In this document: positions 10,844 to 20,585 of the stretch, piece after piece
How positions within the stretch are numbered: the stretch's first letter is position 1
Layout: every line of letters begins with the position of its first letter
Assembly: GCA_965232515.1 (NCBI GenBank)
Contig: CBDDPY010000002.1
Coordinates: 2,400,001-2,464,000 of the forward strand
Origin: Alphaproteobacteria bacterium
GTDB lineage: Bacteria > Pseudomonadota > Alphaproteobacteria > GCA-2731375
Length of the DNA stretch: 64,000 nt
Direction: 5' to 3'
The notes under the pieces: model-generated
Database searches by the model: none
Seen by the model: the letters and a program-made list of their open reading frames with translations, nothing else
What the model was told of the DNA's origin: nothing
Made by a program: the position numbers and the translations under genes

Positions 10844-10917
10844 GCCCGGTAAGCTAACCGGGCAACCTTAATGAAGCTTAACTCCGAGCAGCAATTTTCC
10901 GACGATCCGGCGCCGGC

Positions 10918-10946
10918 TTTGACTTCACCTGCAGTTGGCAGTCAAA
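10918..10946. promoter_or_regulatory. Inverted repeat overlapping a TTGACT -35-like element upstream of the aminotransferase
   Basis: TTTGACT-N15-AGTCAAA. Confidence 0.35.
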
Positions 10947-10983
10947 TGGAGCCGCGCCCCACGACAGGTAAGGATCTGACCTC

Positions 10984-12366
10984 ATGACCGACCTCGGCAA
11001 TTCGCCCGCCAGCCGCGATATCGCGCATGTCCTGCATCCCTACTCGGACCTCGCCCACCACACGCCGCACATCCTGACCCAGGGGCGCGGGATCTACGTC
11101 CGGGACGACAACGGCAAGGAGTATATCGAGGGGCTGGCCGGCCTCTGGTGCACCTCCTTCGGCTTCGGCGAGGACGAGCTGGTCAAGGCCGCGACCAAGC
11201 AGATGCAGACGTTGCCCTACTACCACATGTTCGCCAGCAAGGCGCACAACCCGTCGATCGATCTCGCCGAGAAGCTGAAAGACGTTGCCCCGGCTGATTT
11301 CTCCAAGGTGTTCTTCGCCAATTCCGGCTCGGAGGCGAACGACACCATGGTCAAGATGGTCTGGTACTACAACAACGCCATCGGCCGGCCCGAGAAGAAG
11401 AAGATCATCGCCCGGCTGAACGGCTATCACGGCGTCACCGTCGCCGCCGGCAGCCTGACCGGCCTGCCCTATGCGCAGCAGGACTTCGACCTGCCGATCG
11501 CCAACATCATCCACACCAGTAATCCGCACTATTACCGGATGTCGGAGGACGGCGAGTCGGAAGAAGACTTCGCCACCCGCATGGCCCAGGACCTGGAAGA
11601 CCTGATCCAGAAGGAAGGACCCGAGACGGTCGCCGCCTTTATCGCCGAGCCGGTGATGGGCGCCGGCGGCGTCATCGTGCCGCCGAAGACCTATTTCGAG
11701 AAGATCCAGGCCGTGCTGAAGAAGTACGACGTGCTGATGGTCGCCGACGAGGTGATCTGCGGCTTCGGCCGGACCGGCAACTGGTGGGGCAGCCAGACCT
11801 TCAACATCAAGCCGGACATCCTGACCTGCGCCAAGGCGCTGTCATCGGCCTATCTGCCGATCTCGGCGATCATGATCAACGAGCCGATGTTCGCGGCCTT
11901 CCAGCAGAACAGCGAGAAGCTCGGCATCTTCGGCCACGGCTTCACCTATTCCGGCCATCCGGTCTGCGCCGCGGTCGCGCTCCGGGCGCTGGAGCTAATG
12001 CAGGAACGCGACCTGGTCGGCCATGGCCAGGCGGTCAGCCCGCGCTTCCTCGAGCGCCTGCATTCCTACGCCGACCACGAGCTCGTCGGCAACACAAGGG
12101 GCGTCGGCCTGGTCGGCGCGATCGAGCTCTCGGCCGACAAGGCGGCCCGGACGCCGTTCGATCCCAAGCTCGGCATGGCCAAGAAGCTCGCCGCCGCGGC
12201 CAGTGACGAGGGCCTGATCGTCCGCGCCATGCCCGGCGACGCGGTCGCCTTCTGCCCGCCGATGATCATCACCGAGTCCGAGATCGACGAGATGTTCGAC
12301 CGCTTCAGCCGCGCCCTCGAAGCCTTCACGGCCCAAGCCGCGGCCGGCTCGGCGGCCGCCGAGTAG
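10984..12366 (+). CDS. Class III PLP aminotransferase (omega-amino acid/putrescine:pyruvate type)
   Basis: GLAGLWC, NSGSEAND, YHG, IAEPVMGAGG, DEVICGFGRTG, TCAKALS, HGFTYSGHP. Confidence 0.92.
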   Translation: MTDLGNSPASRDIAHVLHPYSDLAHHTPHILTQGRGIYVRDDNGKEYIEGLAGLWCTSFGFGEDELVKAATKQMQTLPYYHMFASKAHNPSIDLAEKLKDVAPADFSKVFFANSGSEANDTMVKMVWYYNNAIGRPEKKKIIARLNGYHGVTVAAGSLTGLPYAQQDFDLPIANIIHTSNPHYYRMSEDGESEEDFATRMAQDLEDLIQKEGPETVAAFIAEPVMGAGGVIVPPKTYFEKIQAVLKKYDVLMVADEVICGFGRTGNWWGSQTFNIKPDILTCAKALSSAYLPISAIMINEPMFAAFQQNSEKLGIFGHGFTYSGHPVCAAVALRALELMQERDLVGHGQAVSPRFLERLHSYADHELVGNTRGVGLVGAIELSADKAARTPFDPKLGMAKKLAAAASDEGLIVRAMPGDAVAFCPPMIITESEIDEMFDRFSRALEAFTAQAAAGSAAAE

Positions 12367-12385
12367 GGCGCAAGAAAAGGCGGGG

Positions 12386-13423
12386 TCAGCCGGCGGCTTT
12401 CTGGGCGGCCTCGAAGCCGCTCAGGAAGCTGAGCAGGTTGGCCTCGATCTCGTCGCACAGGTAGCCGCCTTCCTGCACCAGCACGGTGGGCAGGCCGAGG
12501 CCGGCGATGGCCGCGCCGATCCGGCCGAAGCCCTCGGTGCTGACCTTCAGCACGCCCAGTGGATCGTTCGCCTGCGCGTCGAGGCCGAGCGAGATCAGCA
12601 GGGCCGCTGGCGCGAAGCCGGCAATCGCGGCGAGCGCCTTGTCCACGGCATCGAGGAAGACGTCGTCGCCGCTGCCCGGCGTCAGCGGCAGATTGAGGTT
12701 GTAGCCGTGGCCCGGCCCGGCGCCGCGCTCGTGCGCGTAACCGGCGAAGAACGGGTAGAACGCCGTCGGATCGGCGTGGAGCGAGACGAAATAAACATCC
12801 GGCCGTTCGTAGAAGATGCCCTGCGTGCCGTTGCCGTGGTGCACGTCGACGTCGAGGATCGCTACCCGGCCGAGGCGCGCGGCCACATGCTCGGCGGCGA
12901 TCGCCACGTTGTTCAGAAAGCAAAAGCCACCGGCCATGTCGGCATAGGCGTGATGGCCCGGCGGCCGGCAGAGCGCGTAGGCCGAGGCCGCGCCGTCCAG
13001 CACTAGGTCCGCCGCCGTCAGCGCTACGTCGGCGGCGGCCCGCGCCGCGTTCCAGGTGCCCTCGCCGATCGGGCAGGCCGTATCGGCCATGTGATAGCCG
13101 GCAACACCGACGATGCCCTCCGGCCGGGTGTGCATGTGCCGGCCCGGATGCACGTTCGGCACGATCTCGGTTCCGGGGCCGGCCAGCTTCGCCCACTCCG
13201 TCGCGCCGTGTTCGAGGAAGCGCAGATAGTCGGGCGAATGCACGGCGGCGACCGGCGCCAATCCGAAGCTCTTCGGTGCGGCCACCGGCCTGTCGGTCCC
13301 GCGCAATGCGGCGATCAGCCGGTCGGCGCGCGCCGGCATTTCCGGACTCTGCGTCAGTCGGCCGCGCGAGATGAAGCTTTGCGGATCGTGCGCGCGGTGC
13401 GCGTCCGAATAGATGACTTGCAT
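12386..13423 (-). CDS. Histone deacetylase family, acetylpolyamine amidohydrolase-like
   Basis: PEMPARAD, RPPGHHA, GGFCFLNN, DVDVHHGNGTQ, QEGGY; start MQVIYS at 13423. Confidence 0.88.
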   Translation of the reverse strand: MQVIYSDAHRAHDPQSFISRGRLTQSPEMPARADRLIAALRGTDRPVAAPKSFGLAPVAAVHSPDYLRFLEHGATEWAKLAGPGTEIVPNVHPGRHMHTRPEGIVGVAGYHMADTACPIGEGTWNAARAAADVALTAADLVLDGAASAYALCRPPGHHAYADMAGGFCFLNNVAIAAEHVAARLGRVAILDVDVHHGNGTQGIFYERPDVYFVSLHADPTAFYPFFAGYAHERGAGPGHGYNLNLPLTPGSGDDVFLDAVDKALAAIAGFAPAALLISLGLDAQANDPLGVLKVSTEGFGRIGAAIAGLGLPTVLVQEGGYLCDEIEANLLSFLSGFEAAQKAAG

Positions 13424-13443
13424 GGAAACTCCGGCGTTTTTGG

Positions 13444-14196
13444 CTAAACGTGCTGGCCGCCGTTGACGTGGATCTCGGCGCCGTTGACGTAGCTCGACTG
13501 TTCGGTGCACAGGAAGTAGATGGTCTTCGCCACCTCCTCCGGCGTGCCCAGCCGGCGCATGGGGATCGTCGGCGCCAGCTTCTCTTCGGTGTCGGGCGAC
13601 AGGATCTCGGTCTTGATCTCGCCCGGCGCGATGGCGTTGACGCGGATGCCGTAGGGCGCGAAGTCGGCCGCCATCTCGCGCGTGAGACAAGCGAGCGCCG
13701 CTTTCGAGGTGGCATAGGCGGTGCCCGCGAACATATGCACCCGGCTGCCGGCGATCGACGTCACGTTGACGATCGACCCGTGCGCCGACTCCAGCTCATC
13801 CAGCAGACCGCGCGCCAGCATGATCGGCGCGAAAAAATTCACCTGCATCACCTGCTCCCAGGTGTCCGCTTCGGTGGTCAGGCTCGACAACCGGTCGCCA
13901 TCGCCGCTCTTCGGCGAAATGCCGGCATTGTTGACCAGCGCATGCAGCGGACCGCCGCCCAGTCGTTCCCGCAACTCGGCGATGCCGTCGGCAATATTGT
14001 CCTGGTCGGCGAGGTCGATCTGCAGATGGTCCTCGGGCCCCGCCTCCCACGGACAATCCTCCGGAAAGGCGTGGCGGGAACAGGTGATCACCCGCCAGCC
14101 GGCGCTGGAAAAGCGCTTCACGGTGGCGTGGCCGATGCCGCGGCTGGCGCCGGTCAGCACCAGCGTCCGGCGGCTGTTCGATATCGTCTCTGGCAT
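13444..14196 (-). CDS. fixR: SDR oxidoreductase, FixR-like
   Basis: TGASRGIG, NNAG, YATSK; CPWEAGPEDH segment resembles rhizobial FixR (from memory). Confidence 0.7.
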   Translation of the reverse strand: MPETISNSRRTLVLTGASRGIGHATVKRFSSAGWRVITCSRHAFPEDCPWEAGPEDHLQIDLADQDNIADGIAELRERLGGGPLHALVNNAGISPKSGDGDRLSSLTTEADTWEQVMQVNFFAPIMLARGLLDELESAHGSIVNVTSIAGSRVHMFAGTAYATSKAALACLTREMAADFAPYGIRVNAIAPGEIKTEILSPDTEEKLAPTIPMRRLGTPEEVAKTIYFLCTEQSSYVNGAEIHVNGGQHV

Positions 14197-14273
14197 AGCG
14201 ACACATTAAGACAAATAACCGTCGCCGATACCAGTGGCAGCATTGCGTTACGCGGTGATTTCAGGCGCCGCCG

Positions 14274-15137
14274 TCAATGTGCCATCAGCACCGGAATCTC
14301 GGTGTTGGCCAACACACCGCGGGTGACGCCACCGAGGATGAGCTGACGCAGCCGGGCATGGGTGTAGGCGCCCATGATCAACATGTCGCAATTGGCCGCC
14401 TTCACGTCGCGCAGCAGAGCCTCGCCGATCCCGTCCGCGCCCGGCGTGACGTGTTTGACGTCGGCCGAGACGCCGTGCGCCGCCAGAAAGCCGGCGGCGT
14501 CCTCGGCCGGCGGGCCGCGTCGCTCGGGCTCGTCGACCGCCATCACGGTGACCCTATCGGCCGTGGCCAGAAAGGGCAGGCCGCTCGACATGGCGCGCGC
14601 GGCCTGGGCGCTGCCGTTCCAGGCGACGGCGACGGTCCGGCCGAAGCCGGCCGGCTCGGCCAGCGGCGCCACCAGGACGGCGCGGCCGGTCTCGGTTATC
14701 GCCGCCTGCAACGCGGCGGGTTCGATCACGTCGGAGTCGGGACCGGCGCGGCCGGTGACGACCAGATCGTGCAATCGGCCCTGCTCGGCGACGATATCTT
14801 CCTCGCGGCCGACGACGGTGTCGTAGGTGACGGCGAAGCCAGGCGTCATCGGCGCCTCGGCCGCGGTCACGTCGGCTGCCTCGCAGGCCGCGGCAAACTG
14901 CGCCGCCGCCCGCTTGGACCGCTCGTCGGCCTCCTTCTCGACCGCCGTCATCACATCCTCGACCATGGCGCCGGTCATGCCTTCGCCGAGATAGGGGATG
15001 CTCTTGTTGGGGTCGAGCGCGGTATGGCGGACCGACACGCGCGCGTCGAACCGCCGGCCGACCTCGATGGCGACAGCCAACGCAACCGCCGATTCGTCGA
15101 CCCCGTTCAACGGAACCATGATGGATTTGATGCTCAT
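14274..15137 (-). CDS. Tandem-domain universal stress protein
   Basis: IKSIMVP, DLVVTGR, VAWNGS..AARA, LIMGAYTH..LGGVT..PVLMAH; RBS GGAGG. Confidence 0.9.
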   Translation of the reverse strand: MSIKSIMVPLNGVDESAVALAVAIEVGRRFDARVSVRHTALDPNKSIPYLGEGMTGAMVEDVMTAVEKEADERSKRAAAQFAAACEAADVTAAEAPMTPGFAVTYDTVVGREEDIVAEQGRLHDLVVTGRAGPDSDVIEPAALQAAITETGRAVLVAPLAEPAGFGRTVAVAWNGSAQAARAMSSGLPFLATADRVTVMAVDEPERRGPPAEDAAGFLAAHGVSADVKHVTPGADGIGEALLRDVKAANCDMLIMGAYTHARLRQLILGGVTRGVLANTEIPVLMAH

Positions 15138-15196
15138 GGCCACCTCCATCGCGCCAAATGAGCGGGAATCATAGAATCATAAATGTAAGCATTTCG

Positions 15197-16744
15197 TCAT
15201 GTTTGATCCACCTCAAGGCAGCGCCGGGCCGCGGCCAGGACGTCGGCGATTTTGCCTGATGAATCAATATGTTGCCAGTCGATCGGACCGGTATCCTCGC
15301 GCAGCTGTGCATGCAGGACCTCGACCGTCGCATCGGAGGGGTCGCGCGTCCGGTCGTCGATGCGCCGTGCCATCACCTGCGCGGGCGCCTCCAGCCACAG
15401 GCCGTCGAAGCGAACGCCGGCCTCTCGTGCGACCTCGGCCAACCGTCGGCGGCCGTCGGCCAGGCTATGTGTGGCATCGGCGATCACCGAATAGCCGGCG
15501 GCGAGCGCCGTCGCCGAGCGCCGGTAGAGCAGGTGGTAGACCTGGTCGCTGACCTCGGACGCATAGGCCGATGGCGGCAGCGGCTGCTCCGGCTCGACGC
15601 CCATCAGGACCTTGCGGATCTCGTCGCTGCGCAAGCGCACGGCGCCGGGCGGCGGTCCCAGCTCTGGCTCTGGCGCCAGCGCCGTGGCGAGCGTCGACTT
15701 GCCGCTGCCCGACAGCCCGCCGATGCCGATCAGGCGCGGCGGCCGGGGCGTCAGGCAATCCAGCGCCAGCGCAAGATAATCGCGCGCCTCCTGCCGGCGC
15801 GCCGCCGCTTTCTCGGCGTCCGGGGTGCCGGCCGCCATGGTGGCGTTCACGTGGGCGCGGATGCCCGCCCTCAGCGCCAGGAACATCGGCAGCACCGCCA
15901 CCCCCTCGATATCCCCGGTGCGCGCCAGATAGCGGTTCAACACGACGTTGGCGCCATGCCGCATGTCCCGATGCCAAAGGTCCATCAGCAGAAACGCCAG
16001 GTCGTACATCACGTCGGTGTGCGACAGGCGCGTGTCGAACTCGATGGCATCGAAGATCACCGGCCGGCCATGCTCCAGGAAGATGTTGCGCAGGTGCAGA
16101 TCGCCATGACATTCGCGCACAAGGCCTTCCGTCCGCCGCCGCGCCAGCAGCGCGCGGTGCCGTTCGCCTTCGGCCGCCACCGCCTCGACGAACCGTCGCG
16201 CCGGCTCGGCGCTAAAGACCTCGGGCGTATAGGTATCGAACTCGCCGGCGATAACGGCGTTGACCCGCAGGTATTCCGAGACATCGGCGCCGGCCGGGCA
16301 CGGCGCCGCCGCGGCGTGAAACGCGGCGACCTCGTCCGCAAGGTCGATGAGGGCGTGATCGTGAAGCTCGCCCGACCGCGCCAGCCGGTCCAGCAGCTGG
16401 CTGTCGTCGAAGCGCCGCATCTCGACCAGCCATTCGACCGGCCGGCCGTCGCCGCCGAGCGCCAGCCGGCCGTCGTCGCCGCGCGTCACCGGCAGCACGC
16501 CGAGATAAACATCCGGCGCCGTGCGTCGGTTCAGGCGAATTTCCTCTTCGCAGACATGCCGCCGCAGGTCCAACGTCGAGAAGTCGAGATAGGGCAGCGC
16601 CACCGCCTTCTTCAGCTTGTAGGCGCGATCGCCCACCAGAAATACGATGGCCGCGTGCGTCTCGACCTGCACGACCTGCGCACCGGCCGATCCGTGGGTT
16701 CGGCCATCGGCCAGAAAGGCGATGACGTCTTTCTGATCGGACAC
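15197..16744 (-). CDS. Bifunctional aminoglycoside-phosphotransferase-like/AAA kinase (Rv2004c-like)
   Basis: ETHAAIVF, AYKLKK, CHGDLHLRNI, FDAIEF; Walker A GLSGSGKS; RSDEIRK. Confidence 0.88.
   Translation of the reverse strand: MSDQKDVIAFLADGRTHGSAGAQVVQVETHAAIVFLVGDRAYKLKKAVALPYLDFSTLDLRRHVCEEEIRLNRRTAPDVYLGVLPVTRGDDGRLALGGDGRPVEWLVEMRRFDDSQLLDRLARSGELHDHALIDLADEVAAFHAAAAPCPAGADVSEYLRVNAVIAGEFDTYTPEVFSAEPARRFVEAVAAEGERHRALLARRRTEGLVRECHGDLHLRNIFLEHGRPVIFDAIEFDTRLSHTDVMYDLAFLLMDLWHRDMRHGANVVLNRYLARTGDIEGVAVLPMFLALRAGIRAHVNATMAAGTPDAEKAAARRQEARDYLALALDCLTPRPPRLIGIGGLSGSGKSTLATALAPEPELGPPPGAVRLRSDEIRKVLMGVEPEQPLPPSAYASEVSDQVYHLLYRRSATALAAGYSVIADATHSLADGRRRLAEVAREAGVRFDGLWLEAPAQVMARRIDDRTRDPSDATVEVLHAQLREDTGPIDWQHIDSSGKIADVLAAARRCLEVDQT
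15203..15216 (-). promoter_or_regulatory. FixK/FNR-type box for the usp promoter
   Basis: TTGAT-CCAC-CTCAA; minus-strand -10 TATGAT at 15176-15181 puts the box centre about 41 nt upstream of the predicted start site. Confidence 0.65.
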
Positions 16745-16751
16745 AGCCGAC

Positions 16752-17690
16752 TTAGCCGCCGAACGCGGTATGTGGCTCTTCGATGCCGTCGGGGTCTTGA
16801 TGGATAATCACCTCCGCGCCCGGAAACGCCGCCATGATGTTCGCTTCTACCTGATCGGCGATTTCATGCGCCTTGATCAGGCTCATGTCGGGATCCAGCA
16901 CGAGGTGCAACTGGATGAAGGTCTGTACGCCCGATGACCGGGTCCTGAGATCGTGCAGGCTCAACACTTCGGGATGGGCGCGCGCAATCTCCTGTATCCG
17001 TGCGCGCTGATCATCGGGAAGTTCCCGATCCATCAAGGGATCGATCGCGCTACGGAAAATCTGCACCGCGCCGTAGAGGATGTAGACGCCGATTGCCGCG
17101 GCGAACAGCGGGTCGATGAAGGCGACCCCAAACCAGGCCGTCAGGGCCAACGCCGCGATGACGCCGATATTCATCAACAGATCGCTGCGGTAGTGCAGCG
17201 AATCGGCGGAGATCGCGAGCGAGCCGGTGCGGCGCACCACGAACATCTGGAAAGCCACCAGGCCGAGCGTCAGCGCGATGGAGAACAGGATGATGACGAT
17301 GCCGACATCGCTTTGCACCGGCATGCGGGGATGGATCAGCCGCTCGCCGGCCTGAAACAGCAGGAACACGGCCGATCCGGCGATGAACGCGGCCTGCGCC
17401 AAACCGGCGAGCGCTTCCGCCTTGCCGTGGCCGAACCGGTGCTCGCGGTCCGCCGGTGTCAGCGCGTGGCGAACCGCCAACAGATTGATGACCGAGGCGC
17501 CGGCATCGAGGATCGAATCGACAAGCGAGCTCAGCATGGCCACCGAGTCGGTCATCAGCCAGCCGGTCAACTTGGCCAGGATCAGGATTGAGGCGACCGT
17601 GACCGACGCATAGGTCGCGACGCGCATCAGGCGCCCGGCCCGCTGCGGATCGATGCCCGTCGTCGGTTCGCGTTCGGCCTTTGCGATCAA
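16752..17690 (-). CDS. fieF: Cation diffusion facilitator transporter
   Basis: SLVDSILD, PADREHRFGHGKAE, ADSLHYRSD, HDLRTR, IIHQDP. Confidence 0.88.
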   Translation of the reverse strand: MIAKAEREPTTGIDPQRAGRLMRVATYASVTVASILILAKLTGWLMTDSVAMLSSLVDSILDAGASVINLLAVRHALTPADREHRFGHGKAEALAGLAQAAFIAGSAVFLLFQAGERLIHPRMPVQSDVGIVIILFSIALTLGLVAFQMFVVRRTGSLAISADSLHYRSDLLMNIGVIAALALTAWFGVAFIDPLFAAAIGVYILYGAVQIFRSAIDPLMDRELPDDQRARIQEIARAHPEVLSLHDLRTRSSGVQTFIQLHLVLDPDMSLIKAHEIADQVEANIMAAFPGAEVIIHQDPDGIEEPHTAFGG

Positions 17691-17717
17691 GTCGCCGTCC
17701 TCTGACTAAAGGCTCCG

Positions 17718-18308
17718 TTACGGATAAAGCCGCTGGGTCGACCAGCCCTCCGCCTGACGACTATAGACCACTCGGTCGTGCAGCCGATACGGCATGCCCT
17801 GCCAGAATTCGATGCGTTCCGGCACCACCCGGAAGCCCGACCAGTGCGGCGGCCGCGGCACGTCGCCGCCCTCGAACCGCGCCTCGCTTTCGGCGACGCG
17901 CCGCTCCAACAGCGCGCGATCCTCAAGCGGCCGCGATTGGTCCGAGGCCCAGGCGCCGATCTGACTGCCGCGCGGACGCGTCGCGTAGTAGGCGTCCGCC
18001 TCGCCGTCGCTGACCTGCTCGACGCCGCCGTCGATGCGGATCTGGCGTTCCAGGCTCTTCCAGTGGAAGTTCAGGCTTGCCTTCGGACAAGCCAGCAGCT
18101 GACGGCCCTTGTCGCTTTCGAGGTTCGTGTAGAACACAAAGCCCTGATCATCGAGGCCTTTCAGCAGCACGATCCGCACCGTGGGCTGTCCGTCAGCATC
18201 GACGGTGGCGAGCGCCATGGCGTTCGCCTCGTTCGGCTCGCTGGCCGACGCCTCCTGCATCCAGGCCTCAAACAGCTGAAAGGGATCGCTCGACGCCGGA
18301 ATCGTCAT
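17718..18308 (-). CDS. pdxH: Pyridoxamine 5'-phosphate oxidase
   Basis: [46 protein letters not shown]. Confidence 0.96.
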   Translation of the reverse strand: MTIPASSDPFQLFEAWMQEASASEPNEANAMALATVDADGQPTVRIVLLKGLDDQGFVFYTNLESDKGRQLLACPKASLNFHWKSLERQIRIDGGVEQVSDGEADAYYATRPRGSQIGAWASDQSRPLEDRALLERRVAESEARFEGGDVPRPPHWSGFRVVPERIEFWQGMPYRLHDRVVYSRQAEGWSTQRLYP

Positions 18309-18457
18309 TTTTTTGGCCCTTTGAAATCGATCGAGCGCAGGTTTTCCGGGCCGATGCCCGTGATCATGCGCAATGTGCCGATACTAATCCCGCAGATACC
18401 GCCTGCGCACTGCGGCATGGCGTAGCAGATCGCGGAAAATGCACGGAATTGTGTCGT

Positions 18458-18484
18458 TTGAACGCCACCTTAACCGCCCTATAT
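18458..18484 (+). promoter_or_regulatory. Putative RpoH/RpoD-type promoter of the 17-kDa lipoprotein gene
   Basis: TTGAA..CCTATAT with 17 nt between TTG and CCTATAT; TTAACC half-site in the spacer. Confidence 0.5.
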
Positions 18485-18592
18485 TAGCTACATGTGACCG
18501 CTGACAGTTGTGTTGCGGTAATGACGCATGCATATATCGATCCCGTGTAAGGTTTACGGTAGACCGAATTTCCCCGGAGAAGGCTAATTGTT

Positions 18593-19072
18593 ATGGAACT
18601 TCGGAAAATAGCGATCATTGGACTGTGTGCCGGCTTCTTGGCCGCCTGTCAGGGCAGCGACGCCGGCCAGAAGCAGACGTTGGGGACGATCCTCGGCGGC
18701 GTCGGCGGTGCCGTCGCCGGCGCGCAATTCGGCTCCGGCAGAGGACAATTGGCGGCGACCGCGGCGGGCACGCTGCTCGGCGCGTTTATCGGCAGCTCGA
18801 TCGGCAAGTCGCTCGACCGCGCCGACCAGGCCGCCATGCACAAGACCACGCAGCGCACGCTCGAAACGGCGCCGTCTGGACAGACCACGTCCTGGCGCAA
18901 CCCGGACTCCGGCAACCAGGGGACCATTACCCCGCAGCCGGCCTATCAGACGGCCACCGGCCAGTATTGCCGCGAGTTCCAGCAGACCGTAACGGTCGGC
19001 GGCCAGACCGAGCAGGCCTACGGCACCGCCTGTCGACAGCCCGACGGCACCTGGAAGATCGTCAGCGGCTAA
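18593..19072 (+). CDS. RT0821/Lpp0805 family 17-kDa surface lipoprotein (glycine zipper)
   Basis: Lipobox LAAC, glycine zipper, WRNPDSG, YCREFQQTV, GTACRQPDGTW. Confidence 0.93.
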   Translation: MELRKIAIIGLCAGFLAACQGSDAGQKQTLGTILGGVGGAVAGAQFGSGRGQLAATAAGTLLGAFIGSSIGKSLDRADQAAMHKTTQRTLETAPSGQTTSWRNPDSGNQGTITPQPAYQTATGQYCREFQQTVTVGGQTEQAYGTACRQPDGTWKIVSG

Positions 19073-19133
19073 GGCGGTCGGAAGCCGGTATGGCGGCAGC
19101 GCAAGGGCGGCCGCCTGAACGAGATGTTGGATC

Positions 19134-20585
19134 ATGATTCGCTGCGGCGCGGTCGCTGTTAGTCTGTTGCTGACGGCGCTGCCCGCGGCGGCGCTGGCCG
19201 ACTTTGCCGCCGCGGTCTCGGCCTATGATCGCGGCGACTACGAAACGGCATTCAACGAATGGCTGCCGCTGGCGCGCGATGACGATCCAGCGGCCCAACG
19301 GAATATCGCCCATCTCTATCGGCAAGGTCTGGGCGTCGCGCAGGACTTCAGCGAGGCGGCGCGCTGGTACCGGCGCGCCGCCTATCTCGGCCTCACGGGC
19401 GCGCAGTCCAACCTCGCGGCCATGTATCTGCGCGGCCAGGGTGTCGAGGAAAATCCCGAGGAAGCGGCCTATTGGTTCGAGCGGGCCGCCGTCGGTGGCC
19501 ATATCCTGGCGCAATACAATCTTGGTCTGATGTACAGTCGCGGCGTCGGCGTCCGCCGGAGCCAACCACGCGCCATGGCCTGGCTGTACCTGGCCGCGAA
19601 ATCGGGGCACGAGCAGGCGCTGGCCGCGCTGTCGCAGATGGTGCTGCAGGAGGCGGATACCTATGGCCCGCCCTTGCCGCCGCCGGGCTATGTCGAGGAA
19701 CCCCCGCCCCCCGCGCCCGTCCCCGAACCGGTTGCCGAAAGCGAACCGACGAGCGATGTCGCCGCAGTCGACGACGCCACCGACGATGCCGAGGCGCCCT
19801 CCGAGCCGACAGCGGCCGATGACGACGCGTCCCTGCTGAGCTGGCTGGGCGCGCTGTTCTCGGAAGACGAGGCCGTCGCGGCCGAAACCGCACCTGAAAC
19901 GACCGCCGACGCTGACCGGACTGCCGCCGCCGCGCCACCGCGACCGGCCGAACCGGCGACGGACACCCGGACCGGGGCGACGGCACTGGCCCCGACGCGG
20001 CAACCCGTCTTTGCTTATGTGCTGGATCCGCCACCCGGCAGCAGATTGTCGTCGAACGACGGGGAGCCGCCGGACGAGGCTCCGGTCCGCGAATCGGCGT
20101 CACCGGTGCCGGCGGCGTCAGAGCCCGCCCCACCTATCGAGCCAGCCCAAACGCTGGCGGCGCGAACGCCGGACGATGAAAACTCCTCGGCGCCGCTCGC
20201 GCGGGATGCGGCGCCGCAGGAAACGCTCGATGTCGAGCCGTCGGCGCCCGCCGCCGAAAAAGCCGATGGCGACGCCAGCGCCGACCGGGTGATGGCCAGC
20301 GGGCTGATCGCCTACTACAGCGGCAATTTTCAGGTCGCATTCGACCGCTGGCTGCCGATCGCGGATGCCGGGCACCGCGAGGCGCAATATCAACTGGGCC
20401 TGCTGCTCGACCGTCCGGACTTCAACGGCCGCGACCGATCGCGCAGCTTCAAATGGCTGCAATTGGCGGCCGATCAGGGCCATGCCCAGGCGCGCGACCA
20501 ATTGCGGCGCCTGGAAGACGATCTGACACCGCTTGAACGCCTGGACGGTCAGCGACTGGTCAAGGACTGGCGCGAGGACCGCTGA
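19134..20585 (+). CDS. Secreted Sel1-repeat protein with long Pro/Ala/acidic linker
   Basis: Signal peptide; AQ.NLG..Y..G.GV repeats at N-terminus and a further repeat block at C-terminus. Confidence 0.85.
   Translation: MIRCGAVAVSLLLTALPAAALADFAAAVSAYDRGDYETAFNEWLPLARDDDPAAQRNIAHLYRQGLGVAQDFSEAARWYRRAAYLGLTGAQSNLAAMYLRGQGVEENPEEAAYWFERAAVGGHILAQYNLGLMYSRGVGVRRSQPRAMAWLYLAAKSGHEQALAALSQMVLQEADTYGPPLPPPGYVEEPPPPAPVPEPVAESEPTSDVAAVDDATDDAEAPSEPTAADDDASLLSWLGALFSEDEAVAAETAPETTADADRTAAAAPPRPAEPATDTRTGATALAPTRQPVFAYVLDPPPGSRLSSNDGEPPDEAPVRESASPVPAASEPAPPIEPAQTLAARTPDDENSSAPLARDAAPQETLDVEPSAPAAEKADGDASADRVMASGLIAYYSGNFQVAFDRWLPIADAGHREAQYQLGLLLDRPDFNGRDRSRSFKWLQLAADQGHAQARDQLRRLEDDLTPLERLDGQRLVKDWREDR

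Noticed and set aside
10868-10882. TTAA-N6-TTAAC as a canonical CtrA full site
   Set aside because: The spacer is 6 nt rather than 7; kept only as a near-miss remark
15197-16744. APH-like domain or MBL-fold genes as antibiotic resistance determinants
   Set aside because: The APH-like domain is fused to an AAA kinase (Rv2004c type), and the MBL proteins lack signal peptides and resemble cytoplasmic hydrolases
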